From: Minisyncoccia bacterium
GTDB taxonomy: Bacteria > Patescibacteriota > Minisyncoccia > Moranbacterales > GCA-2747515
Assembly (NCBI GenBank): GCA_041738235.1
Contig: JBGSQF010000012.1
Span: forward strand, 10,363 to 74,362
Length of the DNA: 64,000 bases
Reading direction: 5' to 3'
Each line of letters opens with the position of its first letter. Within the stretch, counting starts at the first letter, position 1. Positions 15,537 through 25,693 of this stretch are shown here, piece by piece. Under the pieces are notes generated by a model. That model searched no databases and was not told the origin of the DNA. It saw nothing but the letters and a program-made list of their open reading frames with translations. Both the position numbers and the translations under genes were made by a program.

Positions 15537-17258
15537 CTAATCGTACTTCAATTTAAAAACAACCATAGAATCGGAATCATATACTTCTTCAAAATAGGGA
15601 GAATTATAAATGCCGGAGAATCCCTCCCAATCATCCGTCTTGGCAACGACAATATGCGTCACATCCGAGCTTTTCCAAAAATCACGATCATCCGGGATCA
15701 CTTCACTCTTGAGTAATGCCACATGATCGTCCCAGATACTTTTCTCGGACTCAAGTAAAAACCGATTGTCCGTATCATTGCTCGTGATCATCGGCTGAGA
15801 GAAGAAAGCTTGCGCAGGACTCCCCACCATCGCATAGCCGGCAAAGTTCAATCGGATATAGGCGTGCCACGGGAGAAATAGAACGTTTCTCGTCTCAGGG
15901 TCTTCTTGCAATACTCTTTTCGACTCATACCAGCCAAAAGGATAGTCATGCGACGCAACCCTGGCCAGAACTCCCCAAAGCAACGTCCCGGCCCACAGAA
16001 ATGGAATAATAGAAACCACGATTACCGAAACAACTCTCACCCACATTCCTTCGCCCATACGAAACCATCTCCCCAAAGATGAAATCGCATACAACACCCC
16101 AAACGGCACCAGAAGAGCATACGCAAAAGCCAACACACCAGAGATCTTTTCTGTATCCCGAAGTCCCCGGAAAAATGGCACCACTCCGTAGAACAGATCG
16201 ATGATCGGTCGCGTCAGGGCACTGCCGTATCCCACGGAAAGCAAAAGGGCGGGAACGAAAGCGCAAACCATGGCCAGTGCAAAATCGTTCCTCCGACGAA
16301 TCTCACGCCACGCACCCAAACCAAAGAACACCCAAACCACGATCGGGACTGCCCACCACCACGAGAAATAGTCTTTGAACTGCAAGAAATCGTTACTCCA
16401 AAATCCATACAGTGCCGCCACGTTAAAAAACATCCCGAATGTCGGATCGCTCAGTGTGGCAAATGCCTCGAAGTCCCCCATCCCGATATTGGCAAACGTC
16501 CTTGTATCGTCAAAGAATCCAAAAATCCAGAAACTATTTACCACCAAAAAGATCCCAACGAATACCACTCCCCTCTCAAAAAACTCTTTCCACTTTCGAT
16601 TTTCTAACTTTCGACTTTCTGTTTCTTCACTTTCAACTTTACTGACTTTCAACCTTACAAGCTTTTGATCTCCCAACTTTATGACTTTATAGACTTTTGA
16701 CTGCATGACCCACAACACTAGTAGAAATCCCGAAGCAATATACGCCCAATGAAGACTCAGTATCGGATAAATGGAGAAGGCAAACGCAAAGACCAAAAAT
16801 CGACGCCAGTCCGCACGCTCAAGTAGTCGCAAAAAAAGCAACACCATGATCGGTAAAAACCCATACCCGAGCATCACAAACCAATGCCCCGCCATAAAGC
16901 GATCGTACACGTGAGGATTTATCATATAGAGCATCCCCGCGCTCACTGCGAGCGACTGTGGCATGAAGCGAAGTGCCAGTCGATACAGCGTAAATCCCGG
17001 GAGAAATAGAACCAGCGTCAGCACGATCTTTTGTAGAACTTCGGCCGGTATCAAAAGGTTCAGAAAAACAAACAATGCGCGTATCGGGAAACCGGGATCA
17101 ATCCCATTTCGCATACTATCGGCAAGATTCAAGTTTGGCCCCCAGACCATATCGGTCAAGAATACAAAACCAGACGCATAAAGAGGCGCCATAATAGCCA
17201 TAGCCACAAGCAAGAAGATCCCTATCGGATATATTTCCCTTAATATCTTTCTCATCAT
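15537..17258 (-). CDS. large polytopic membrane protein (putative GT-C-like membrane glycosyltransferase/polymerase) carrying an in-frame repeat-derived hydrophilic insert
   Basis: At least 12 TM helices plus a C-terminal soluble domain. Residues KVIKLGDQKLVRLKVSKVESEETESRKLENRKWKEF are encoded by the GACTTT-type repeat at 16588-16705. Confidence 0.6.
   Translation of the reverse strand: MMRKILREIYPIGIFLLVAMAIMAPLYASGFVFLTDMVWGPNLNLADSMRNGIDPGFPIRALFVFLNLLIPAEVLQKIVLTLVLFLPGFTLYRLALRFMPQSLAVSAGMLYMINPHVYDRFMAGHWFVMLGYGFLPIMVLLFLRLLERADWRRFLVFAFAFSIYPILSLHWAYIASGFLLVLWVMQSKVYKVIKLGDQKLVRLKVSKVESEETESRKLENRKWKEFFERGVVFVGIFLVVNSFWIFGFFDDTRTFANIGMGDFEAFATLSDPTFGMFFNVAALYGFWSNDFLQFKDYFSWWWAVPIVVWVFFGLGAWREIRRRNDFALAMVCAFVPALLLSVGYGSALTRPIIDLFYGVVPFFRGLRDTEKISGVLAFAYALLVPFGVLYAISSLGRWFRMGEGMWVRVVSVIVVSIIPFLWAGTLLWGVLARVASHDYPFGWYESKRVLQEDPETRNVLFLPWHAYIRLNFAGYAMVGSPAQAFFSQPMITSNDTDNRFLLESEKSIWDDHVALLKSEVIPDDRDFWKSSDVTHIVVAKTDDWEGFSGIYNSPYFEEVYDSDSMVVFKLKYD
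16588..16705 (+). repeat. phased GACTTT repeat array, copy R3, embedded in-frame in CDS 15537..17258
   Basis: CACTTTCGATTTTCTAACTTTCGACTTTCTG...CAACTTTATGACTTTATAGACTTTTGACTG. Confidence 0.7.
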
Positions 17259-17261
17259 ACG

Positions 17262-17358
17262 TTCACTTTATGGACTTCCCCACTCTCTCCCTTCCCCACT
17301 CTTTTACTCTCACACTCTCTAACTTTCTAACTTTATAGACTTTGGACTTTACAGACTC
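17262..17358 (+). repeat. phased GACTTT repeat array, copy R4
   Basis: CACTTTATGGACTTCCCCACTCTCTCCC...TAACTTTCTAACTTTATAGACTTTGGACTTTACAGACTC. Confidence 0.7.
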
Positions 17359-17897
17359 TTTCTTATCCCATCCACAGACCTTATGGGTCTACGTCTTACA
17401 TCCATCGGTCTTGCAGATCTTACATGCTCAGTAACATGAAAGACCCTCGAATTTATAGACTTTCGACTATTGACTCTATCTCCTCCCGACTTTCGACTTT
17501 TCACTCGAGATGTCCCCATCTCGACGATCTGCTTCACCACTCCGATGACCAGAAAGTAATACACCCAGACCGCTACGCGTTCATCCCACCCGGAAACAAA
17601 ACTCACACCACTATTCCCCATCGCGTTGAGGATCGCCACCGCCACTAGCGCCACTAGCGCCAGTCCGATAGAGATCCGCGAGTCCAAATCCCAATACACC
17701 AAGACAAAGCAAAATACCCAGAAAAATATATTCTCGAATGAGAAATGTAGTCCGAAATACAATCCCGATGCAAGAGCGATCACGATCACTACTCCTACCC
17801 AATCCCGAACATGAGTACTCTTTCCCACCATAAAGACCCTGCGGAGCAGTCTCCACAAATCCATCGGTGTAAAAATGTAATCACTCAATCGAAACAT
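17349..17897 (-). CDS. small membrane protein; C-terminal about 50 residues are encoded by repeat sequence
   Basis: Four TM helices. Tail SRVKSRKSGGDRVNSRKSINSRVFHVTE... is translated from repeat R5 (17448-17505). Confidence 0.45.
   Translation of the reverse strand: MFRLSDYIFTPMDLWRLLRRVFMVGKSTHVRDWVGVVIVIALASGLYFGLHFSFENIFFWVFCFVLVYWDLDSRISIGLALVALVAVAILNAMGNSGVSFVSGWDERVAVWVYYFLVIGVVKQIVEMGTSRVKSRKSGGDRVNSRKSINSRVFHVTEHVRSARPMDVRRRPIRSVDGIRKSL
17448..17505 (+). repeat. phased GACTTT repeat array, copy R5 (forms the 3' end of CDS 17349..17897)
   Basis: GAATTTATAGACTTTCGACTATTGACTCTATCTCCTCCCGACTTTCGACTTTTCACTCGAG. Confidence 0.65.
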
Positions 17898-17904
17898 ACT
17901 CCTT

Positions 17905-18012
17905 TTTAACTTTCAACTTTACGACTTTCGACCCTTTGTTCTACTACCTCCCCACTTTTGACTTTATGACTTTACAGACTTTCGACTCGATAGACTTTAT
18001 AGACTGACTCAA
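17905..18012 (+). repeat. phased GACTTT repeat array, copy R6
   Basis: TAACTTTCAACTTTACGACTTTCGACCC...TTTTGACTTTATGACTTTACAGACTTTCGACTCGATAGACTTTATAGACTGACTC. Confidence 0.7.
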
Positions 18013-18014
18013 CC

Positions 18015-20540
18015 TTACAGCTTGTATAGATTCGGTGAACTCAAAACTTTCGGTGCTTTAGCCATTCGTCTTCTCTTCACAAGATCGTATCCCACATATC
18101 CCAGACATCCCACAAATATAATTCCGATAACGATAAAACCCATATAAAAATATCGATTGAAATCATTTTCTACGACCAACAAAATATCGTATGTCCCATC
18201 ATCATTTTTCTTGCAAATGTTTCTATTTTTACACAAGTCATCAACATTAATCCACCAAGAATTGGAATAGTTGTTAATCTTATAATGAGTGTCTTCTGGA
18301 ATTGTCGCTTTACCCCATGTTTCCCAGAAATGTCCGTTGGGCAGATTATCGTTGCGTATCGAACCATCAAAGTTCTTAGAGATAAATTCATTCCCAGAGG
18401 CTGAGATTAATTTTTGGTCAATCATTCCCTGTGCTTCACTTTTGGTCGCCTGCCGATTGGATTCAACATCTGAAACACTATAGTTACCCAGAGGATTAAG
18501 GTTCTTTTGTCTTTTATCTTCAAACTTAATCGGATACGCCTTCCAGTTTTCACTATATTGCTCGGGATAAACTAAAAGAAAGGAATTTTTCACACCGTGT
18601 AAAACTACTTGTTCTTTCCAGTGATTGACGGCTTTATATTCAACCGATCTGAGCTTTGGCGATTCATCTACCTGCTGTGTAGCATGAAGATAATATGAAT
18701 CAATGTCTTTCGGTTGATATTCGGTTAAGCGAACATTGTCATAAAGATTATCCACCTCTTGGCTACCATCCGAAGACGCATAAAAAAATATGCTGATACT
18801 TTTTATATCACTAATCTCTGGATCGATGATCTTCTCATATATATGCCAATTACTATCCCGAACCTGGATCATTTCCGAGTGAGAATCTTGTTGGTCACCA
18901 CTCCTAAGATTATAATAATACATTACTTTCCCACCTCTAATATTTTTATAATCAAATTGTAACTTATACCTCATCCCCTCTAATATCTCAACAGAAAAAG
19001 TCTTTGACACACAGGCAAAATGATTTTTAGAAGAAAGCTCCATAGACTGATTCCCATCACTAGCATCTAGCGATAACCTAACTCCCAAATCTGGATCCCC
19101 TGGCCTTGTATCACTACAATCACCTGGCTTTTCTTGCCAAAGTCCACTTTCAAAGGAGGCGTCCTCAGAATCAATTAGATTGCTCTTATTAACAACATAT
19201 CCAAAGTCATTCTCACCCAAATCAAGAAAGATATCCTTCGCTAGCACAATATCCTTATCAATCAACGATCCAATATCGATCTTTCTTGTTTCAGATAGTG
19301 AATATTCTTTGAGTTGAATATTGTCATATAAGTTAGTCACTTCTTTACTACCATCTGACGGGGCATATAGATACAGATCTATATATTTTATACTTTTTAT
19401 TGGATCCCCCACATTTGTGTTACTTACCCCCTCATTAGAAGCAAGTAGATCCTCTTGTCCCTCCTTATTATCATATTCAGGATATACAAAATTTTCCTTT
19501 ATTTTCTCAGGATCTATAACTATAGAATATGTATGCCATTTATCATCCTTTGCATTAATTGTTTCAGCAGAAGCAAATCCCGAAGATATAATGTTGTTCT
19601 CATTATGTAACTTATAATAATAACGAATGTCTTCTCCAGTAATGTTTTTATAATCAAAAGACAAGCGATATATTTTATCACTCTGAATTTGAACGGGAAA
19701 AGTCTTGTTTGTGCAAGCATGATGGTTTACAGAGGATAGTTTCAGAGCTGTGTATCCTTCTGTAGCATCAAAAACCACTTCCTGCATTATTTCTGGCACC
19801 CCTTCAAGTTTATTGCTACAATCTCCAGGTTCTTTCTGCCACAAACCATTCTCAAACGAAATGCTCTCATTATCGGATAATACATCTCGAGTAGGTTTAA
19901 ATACCATTATCTCTTTATTCTCTATATCTTCTACCGATAGATTTGTACCCACGCGATCAAACATATCTAAAAAACGGCCATTAAATCTCAATAAATGATC
20001 CGCCGCAATATTGTCCAATGAAAAGAATTCTTTTTCATTAATGACTCCTGGAGAATCCTTAATTATTATTTCCCTCCGAGGAAGTACAAAATTTAACTTC
20101 CTTTGAGTTTCGTCGTAAGTGATCTGCAAATACGTATCCCTGTTTATATTTTTTTCAAGATAGAAATTCAGATCAGAACCACCACCATTGTTAAATAACC
20201 ATTTATCCCCCTTGTTTCCAAGAGTTAGAAACACCTCTCTACTTTGCCCGATAACTGGGCGGTAATTTTTTTTGTCGAAGCTCCCGTCCAAAATCCCACC
20301 CCCCTCTGACGATATATCTTTTAGACTTTCTATCCCAACATCTCCCAATATAATACGTTCCAAATATCCCAAACCACTAATAGGATCAGAAAAATTTGAT
20401 CCCCGTATAAAATAAAAAATAACCCCAATAATTATAAGATAAAAAAGTGCTGTCAGAATAAAATACTTCTTATTACTATTATTGACCATCTCTTTTAATA
20501 TTCTTATGTCTAGGAATAAATAAACACAGCACACCAACAA
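18015..20540 (-). CDS. large membrane-anchored protein with N- and C-terminal TM segments and an internal tandem duplication of an ~170-aa Cys-containing domain
   Basis: TM YFILTALFYLIIIGVIFYFI near the N-terminus and YFYMGFIVIGIIFVGCLGYVGY near the C-terminus. Repeats SFENGLWQKEPGDCS...ACTNKTF...FDYKNI...LYDNIQLKEY and SFESGLWQEKPGDCS...ACVSKTF...FDYKNI...LYDNVRLTEY. An alternative start at 20489 (MVNNSNKK) is possible. Confidence 0.6.
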   Translation of the reverse strand: MLVCCVYLFLDIRILKEMVNNSNKKYFILTALFYLIIIGVIFYFIRGSNFSDPISGLGYLERIILGDVGIESLKDISSEGGGILDGSFDKKNYRPVIGQSREVFLTLGNKGDKWLFNNGGGSDLNFYLEKNINRDTYLQITYDETQRKLNFVLPRREIIIKDSPGVINEKEFFSLDNIAADHLLRFNGRFLDMFDRVGTNLSVEDIENKEIMVFKPTRDVLSDNESISFENGLWQKEPGDCSNKLEGVPEIMQEVVFDATEGYTALKLSSVNHHACTNKTFPVQIQSDKIYRLSFDYKNITGEDIRYYYKLHNENNIISSGFASAETINAKDDKWHTYSIVIDPEKIKENFVYPEYDNKEGQEDLLASNEGVSNTNVGDPIKSIKYIDLYLYAPSDGSKEVTNLYDNIQLKEYSLSETRKIDIGSLIDKDIVLAKDIFLDLGENDFGYVVNKSNLIDSEDASFESGLWQEKPGDCSDTRPGDPDLGVRLSLDASDGNQSMELSSKNHFACVSKTFSVEILEGMRYKLQFDYKNIRGGKVMYYYNLRSGDQQDSHSEMIQVRDSNWHIYEKIIDPEISDIKSISIFFYASSDGSQEVDNLYDNVRLTEYQPKDIDSYYLHATQQVDESPKLRSVEYKAVNHWKEQVVLHGVKNSFLLVYPEQYSENWKAYPIKFEDKRQKNLNPLGNYSVSDVESNRQATKSEAQGMIDQKLISASGNEFISKNFDGSIRNDNLPNGHFWETWGKATIPEDTHYKINNYSNSWWINVDDLCKNRNICKKNDDGTYDILLVVENDFNRYFYMGFIVIGIIFVGCLGYVGYDLVKRRRMAKAPKVLSSPNLYKL

Positions 20541-22677
20541 TCAAAGTTATTACTGAAACAACTATACTCAGATACCAATACAATTGTGGCTTATAATATA
20601 AAACCATTTCTAAATCAATACTACCATCTAAATTCTCTTTATAATATCTCTTAGAAAAATTTTGTTTAATATAACTTGAATCAACTATCCATTTATTCAT
20701 AAAATTACCATCCTCATAATGAGAACTATTGAAAATTGATCCTAAACCAAACAAGAAAAAATTATTGTATGAACTATCACTTTTTTCGTCATTATTTTTT
20801 ACAAGGTACAATCTCCATGCAGGCGTATAAGATTCGTTAAAATGTATACTCTTTTTACCATCAATATGCTCTAACCTTAATAAATAACTTACCGGAGAGC
20901 GCTTTGCAAAAGTAAACTTACTATAATCAAATACTGCGTTGTCCACATTACTCACAGAAATCAGCGGAAGATTTTCATCATACGTCTTGTAGATATCGAA
21001 GTTCTCATTCCCAAAAACTTTGTTAAAATTTTCTTTTAAATACTTCTCAGTTTCATCCGAATCATCATTTTGATTAAAAATCTCATAATTGATGTCTTTA
21101 TGAAAAACTATGTATTTAATATGAAATCTCCTCCAATTATCAACCGGCACAGCTGAAGCATCTTTTAGTAAAGTATATATATTCTTATTTGCAAGACTGG
21201 CCAGCTCAGATGTTTTACTAAAGCATGATAGTCTATTCTGAGTACTTAAAAATGGCGAGAATCCATAATATTTAAAATTATAGCCAAACCAAATTTTATC
21301 TGATGTCGGATATATCATACACCTATCGCCATCTTTAACCCCTATCTCATCTAATGCAAGGTCAATATTCTGATAGTTTTTTGGTTCACTGCCAAGAGAA
21401 AAATAATTTATAAAACCACCCAAAAATCCATACATACTCAAAACAACAATATAGCCAATAAAGATTCTTGCAAGAATACGATTTGATTGAATTGCTATAT
21501 AAATAAGACAAGATGCGGCTATCAGTAAGATCAGAGAAAACTTCAAAGAATTCCTCCATGCTGTCATGTAACTAATATTTTCAAAAAGATAGCCAAATAC
21601 ACTGTCTAATGGATAGAATCCATGCATGGCAACCAACGGAATGGATACTAGAAATATAATGAATATCCTACTCCCAATAGCTTTTTTGAAAAAAATTTTT
21701 CTCAATGCGGCATATGCTATAATTAGGATAGGTATGAAACTTATTACCCTAAATACAAGACTACTATATATACCCTTATAATTAAACTGATCAACGATCC
21801 CGCTATATGACCAATGTTTAGAAAATAATCTACCAGAAATAAATGAGAGTAAATATTCAAGAGAAAAATATTTTTTTTGTGTAACTATATAATCTGTGAG
21901 TAAAGCCTTATTAAAATCACTCGATATAAAGAGATCGCGCACATTTATAAGTAGCAATATTTGTTCAACCAAAGAGGGAATGTTAATAAATACGTACAAA
22001 AGAAGCAACATTATAATTCTTTTCCACTCTTTATAATTGACAGCTAAAAAAAATAAGAAAAGAGTAAGAAACTGAATTGGAGGATACGAAACATTAACAA
22101 AAATTGGCATATTTATTAGCAAGAGGAAGAAAAAAGTAATCAGATATTTCTTTTGTCCCACGCGAATATACCGCAATCCAATACCCAGCAATAAAGGGGT
22201 TATTAAAAGAAAAATATAATATAGATGCAACCAACTACGTACAAAATCAAATGTAATAAGATTAATACAATAAAATAAAGCTACGACACTCGCTAAAAAT
22301 ACATTGTATTTATATCCAAATCCATAAGAAATCTCCTTAAGAATTAATCTGACTCCAAAATAAGCGAATGAATAAAAAACTATCTTAAGAAAAACCTGCA
22401 CACCCACCGAATCAAAGAGAAATGAAAGGCCATAAACTATTGTGTAAAAAAGAATATTTCCATACCTCCCAGCACTAAATCCTCCGGAGCCAAGATGATC
22501 TGACCACAGATAAAATTGGCGATCTAGATTGACACCAATGCTGTCCTCAAAAAATCCCAAGTCCCCTCCAACCAAATATTCCCCCGCATGCAAAACATAG
22601 GGGATAATTATAAAAAATATCAATGCAATATAAATTGCATTCTTATATAAAAATGTTTTCATAGTATCTCCTGGCAA
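20479..22677 (-). CDS. large polytopic membrane protein (GT-C-like / glycan polymerase-like), extremely AT-rich
   Basis: About 14 TM helices in the N-terminal 430 aa, then a soluble domain and a C-terminal TM (YWYLSIVVSVITLIVGVLCLFI). Confidence 0.6.
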   Translation of the reverse strand: MPGDTMKTFLYKNAIYIALIFFIIIPYVLHAGEYLVGGDLGFFEDSIGVNLDRQFYLWSDHLGSGGFSAGRYGNILFYTIVYGLSFLFDSVGVQVFLKIVFYSFAYFGVRLILKEISYGFGYKYNVFLASVVALFYCINLITFDFVRSWLHLYYIFLLITPLLLGIGLRYIRVGQKKYLITFFFLLLINMPIFVNVSYPPIQFLTLFLFFLAVNYKEWKRIIMLLLLYVFINIPSLVEQILLLINVRDLFISSDFNKALLTDYIVTQKKYFSLEYLLSFISGRLFSKHWSYSGIVDQFNYKGIYSSLVFRVISFIPILIIAYAALRKIFFKKAIGSRIFIIFLVSIPLVAMHGFYPLDSVFGYLFENISYMTAWRNSLKFSLILLIAASCLIYIAIQSNRILARIFIGYIVVLSMYGFLGGFINYFSLGSEPKNYQNIDLALDEIGVKDGDRCMIYPTSDKIWFGYNFKYYGFSPFLSTQNRLSCFSKTSELASLANKNIYTLLKDASAVPVDNWRRFHIKYIVFHKDINYEIFNQNDDSDETEKYLKENFNKVFGNENFDIYKTYDENLPLISVSNVDNAVFDYSKFTFAKRSPVSYLLRLEHIDGKKSIHFNESYTPAWRLYLVKNNDEKSDSSYNNFFLFGLGSIFNSSHYEDGNFMNKWIVDSSYIKQNFSKRYYKENLDGSIDLEMVLYYKPQLYWYLSIVVSVITLIVGVLCLFIPRHKNIKRDGQ

Positions 22678-23887
22678 TATTCCTCCACTCGTACTTTTTA
22701 ACAGATTGGAGACCCTTCCTTACCATCCTGGAATAGTCTTCTTGGCTTATGTGCATAATTCTCTTAGCAAAATCTTCATAACGTCCATTATCTACATCAA
22801 CTAATATTCCATTCTCTCCATCACTAATAATCTCATTAAAAACTGGTATATTTGAACCAATAAAGAGAGTGCCAGCAGCCCACGCCTCCAACAATACCTG
22901 ACCAAACGACTCACTCTTACTCAACAAAAAAACCATATGCGCATTTCCAAATATTGACGGCATATCGCTCTTTGGCTTTGCTCCATGAAAATATACACGA
23001 TCTCCTATTCCTAGCTTTCTTGACAAAGAAACAAGATCATCCATTTCATCGCCGTCCCCAACAACATCTAATACAAAATTGTATCCGTTCGTCATAAGGT
23101 AATGGGATATACGCAGAACCACCTCCACCCTTTTATTATCAGTAAGGTTTCCGGCAAAAAGTAGTCTGATTTTTCCAGTAAGTATTTTCTCATTAAAAGT
23201 GAAAGTATCAACATCTACTCCAACTGGTATTATTGCGTACGACCTCTCTCTAAAATCTCTTTTTAACTTCTTTCTAAAATAGTCACGTGCCACATTATTA
23301 TTAAATATATAGAAATCAAAAAGGTTAAAATAGTATCTTGAAAAAAACAACATTATATTCTTAATTATCCCAAAGAGAAAAAGCTCTAAGGCACTATTAT
23401 TCTGATGAAGTGTCTTTCCGTCATTTTCTAAAATGTTTTTCATATCAGGCAGATCAGTATATTGCAACCTTCCGATAACCCTTCTCAAATTCTTATTAAA
23501 TAGCTTATCAATTTGGAAAAAGATTATAAGATTAAATGATAATAGTCCATTTGGAAGCATATGCCATATAACATCAACCTTGTTCTCCTTAAGAACTTTC
23601 ATTGAGGCCATCATCACAAGAAAATAAAACCTTATCCTTAACCATAGTGTAATCTTCAAATCTGGCCTTGAAAGAACTTCAATAACCTTAACATTTTTTC
23701 CCAATTTCTCCTTTTGCTTACATTTTCCACAAATAACATAATACTCTAATCTTCGATCCAACACTGTTATATCCTCTATAACTCGTGCCGCTGCATAAAA
23801 CTCACTCTGGGAAGAAGAGTCTAGTATATAATGAGCTGGACTTATTAAAACTTTTACGGAATTCTTTTCTTTCTTAATGCTGGACAT
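22643..23887 (-). CDS. glycosyltransferase family 1 (GT4)
   Basis: C-terminal SKSESFGQVLLEAWAAGTLFIGSNIPVFNEIISDGENGILVD GT-B donor-binding motif. Confidence 0.8.
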   Translation of the reverse strand: MSSIKKEKNSVKVLISPAHYILDSSSQSEFYAAARVIEDITVLDRRLEYYVICGKCKQKEKLGKNVKVIEVLSRPDLKITLWLRIRFYFLVMMASMKVLKENKVDVIWHMLPNGLLSFNLIIFFQIDKLFNKNLRRVIGRLQYTDLPDMKNILENDGKTLHQNNSALELFLFGIIKNIMLFFSRYYFNLFDFYIFNNNVARDYFRKKLKRDFRERSYAIIPVGVDVDTFTFNEKILTGKIRLLFAGNLTDNKRVEVVLRISHYLMTNGYNFVLDVVGDGDEMDDLVSLSRKLGIGDRVYFHGAKPKSDMPSIFGNAHMVFLLSKSESFGQVLLEAWAAGTLFIGSNIPVFNEIISDGENGILVDVDNGRYEDFAKRIMHISQEDYSRMVRKGLQSVKKYEWRNIARRYYENIFI

Positions 23888-23891
23888 ATGA

Positions 23892-24719
23892 TCAAAATAT
23901 TTTTCTATAAACTCTAAAAAGATACTCCGTCATGCCTATCGGCAAAGGGAGATATGCAAATAACAAAACACCCAAATTAGCATACAAATCCAGAAATGCT
24001 GGTTTATAATTATATTTTTTGTAAGCACTGTGCCTAACGCTCAAGGTAGCCCTTACGTTCTCCTTAGTCCTTGCCGATGTTATAGAATACTCATGCCTCC
24101 TATACCGTAGCAGAATAGCTTGCACGTTTGCAAAAGAGTAATACTGTCCAATTCGAAAAGTCATATCCAAATCTTCTGCTTGTTTTATATGCTCATCATA
24201 CTTTCCAACTCTATCAAAGACTGTTTTTCGAATCATTGCAACTCCTTGAGAAACAGGCGAATATCGAAAAATTTTCTTTCTTAATTTATCATCAGATCTT
24301 TCATACTTTTGAAGTGCTAAAACCCCTTTTTCATTAAAGAATTGTAACCACCCTCCACAAATACCAACATCTGGGTTTTTCTCCATAAAAGCATATTGCC
24401 TCTCTATTCTATTTACTACAGAAATATCATCAGAATCCTGCCATACCACATATTTTCCCTTTGCCATTGAAACTAACTTGTTTCTATTAATAGGAATTCC
24501 CATATTCTTTTCATTCTTAACGGCGGTAATCCTACTGTCTTGTTTTTCGTATTTCTGAATAATGTTCCATGTCTTATCAGTTGAACAATCGTCAATAATA
24601 ATAAACTCAAAATCCTTGAAGGTTTGATTCAGAATACTTTCGATTGCCTCGGAAATATACTTTTCTGAATTATAGGCGGGCATTAATACCGAGACTTTGG
24701 GCGCATTGAATTCCATCAT
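23892..24719 (-). CDS. glycosyltransferase family 2
   Basis: VSVLMPAYNSEKYISEAIESILNQTFKDFEFIIIDDCSTDKT (GT-A fold with DxD context). Confidence 0.8.
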   Translation of the reverse strand: MMEFNAPKVSVLMPAYNSEKYISEAIESILNQTFKDFEFIIIDDCSTDKTWNIIQKYEKQDSRITAVKNEKNMGIPINRNKLVSMAKGKYVVWQDSDDISVVNRIERQYAFMEKNPDVGICGGWLQFFNEKGVLALQKYERSDDKLRKKIFRYSPVSQGVAMIRKTVFDRVGKYDEHIKQAEDLDMTFRIGQYYSFANVQAILLRYRRHEYSITSARTKENVRATLSVRHSAYKKYNYKPAFLDLYANLGVLLFAYLPLPIGMTEYLFRVYRKIF

Positions 24720-24734
24720 TTTACTCTTTACAAA

Positions 24735-25682
24735 TTAATTTCTTGTGTTTCTTTTCCTTACCACGTACAATGGTCTATTTGAGACATCTTTGTGAATACT
24801 TCCAATATAAAGTGCAATCAGTCCCAAACAAATGAGGATAATACCGACCAAGAAAAGGAGAATGACCGCAAGGATCGCCGGACCGGAGAAATTTAATCCA
24901 TAAGGATCTTTAAATATGTATTGTTCGATAAATATAAAAAGTCCCAGTATTCCAGATGTCAGAGTAATTAAGATGCCCAAATATCCGGCGATCTTTAAGG
25001 GGAAAAGACTTTGCGATATAAAACTCGAAAATGCCAATTTAAGAAGTTTGGCTGTACTATAACTCGCTTTTCCACTGGCTCGCTCATTGGCCTGAAAATG
25101 GATGTATTCTCTCCGAAAACCCAACCAATCCAAAAGCCCCCGCGTGATACGCTCGTGTTCGGTCAAGCGATTGAATTCATCGATCACGATCCGATCGATC
25201 AAGCGAAAATCGGTGGAACCAGATACCGATCCATGTTCACTGATAAACGTCATTATCGCATTAAACACAGCAGAACCCCATTTTTTGATAAGTCCCTCGC
25301 CTTTGTTTCTCTCTCTGATACCGATCACCATTTCTGCCCCCGCTTCCCACTTGGTGATGAATTCCGGTATGCGGTCAATTGGGTGTTGTAGGTCGGCATC
25401 TATCACGATGCACGCTTCTCCTTTACAGTGGTGTATCCCGGCGGTTGTCGCTTCCTCCTTGCCGAAGTTTCTCGAAAAATCTATAAGCCTCACGCTTGGA
25501 TCCAATTGCATGATCTTCTCGACCTCCGCAAGCGTTCCGTCAGCACTCCCATCATTTACAAATGTCATCTCAAACACGTATTTCCCGGCGAATTTCGTGA
25601 TAATTTTCTTGAGCTCAACATACACCAATGGAACGTTCTTTTCCTCGTTGTATACCGGGATGATGATGGAGATAAGTTTCAT
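24735..25682 (-). CDS. polyprenol-phosphate glycosyltransferase (GT2, DPM1/GtrB/ArnC-like) with C-terminal TM helices
   Basis: MKLISIIIPVYNEEKNVP...FVNDGSADGT...IDADLQHP. Two C-terminal TM helices. Confidence 0.8.
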   Translation of the reverse strand: MKLISIIIPVYNEEKNVPLVYVELKKIITKFAGKYVFEMTFVNDGSADGTLAEVEKIMQLDPSVRLIDFSRNFGKEEATTAGIHHCKGEACIVIDADLQHPIDRIPEFITKWEAGAEMVIGIRERNKGEGLIKKWGSAVFNAIMTFISEHGSVSGSTDFRLIDRIVIDEFNRLTEHERITRGLLDWLGFRREYIHFQANERASGKASYSTAKLLKLAFSSFISQSLFPLKIAGYLGILITLTSGILGLFIFIEQYIFKDPYGLNFSGPAILAVILLFLVGIILICLGLIALYIGSIHKDVSNRPLYVVRKRNTRN

Positions 25683-25693
25683 AGGAGTAATTT

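Noticed and set aside
7478-18012. GACTTT repeat arrays as a CRISPR array
   Set aside because: Units are 6-15 bp, irregularly spaced, have no unique spacers of 25-40 bp, and no cas genes are nearby.
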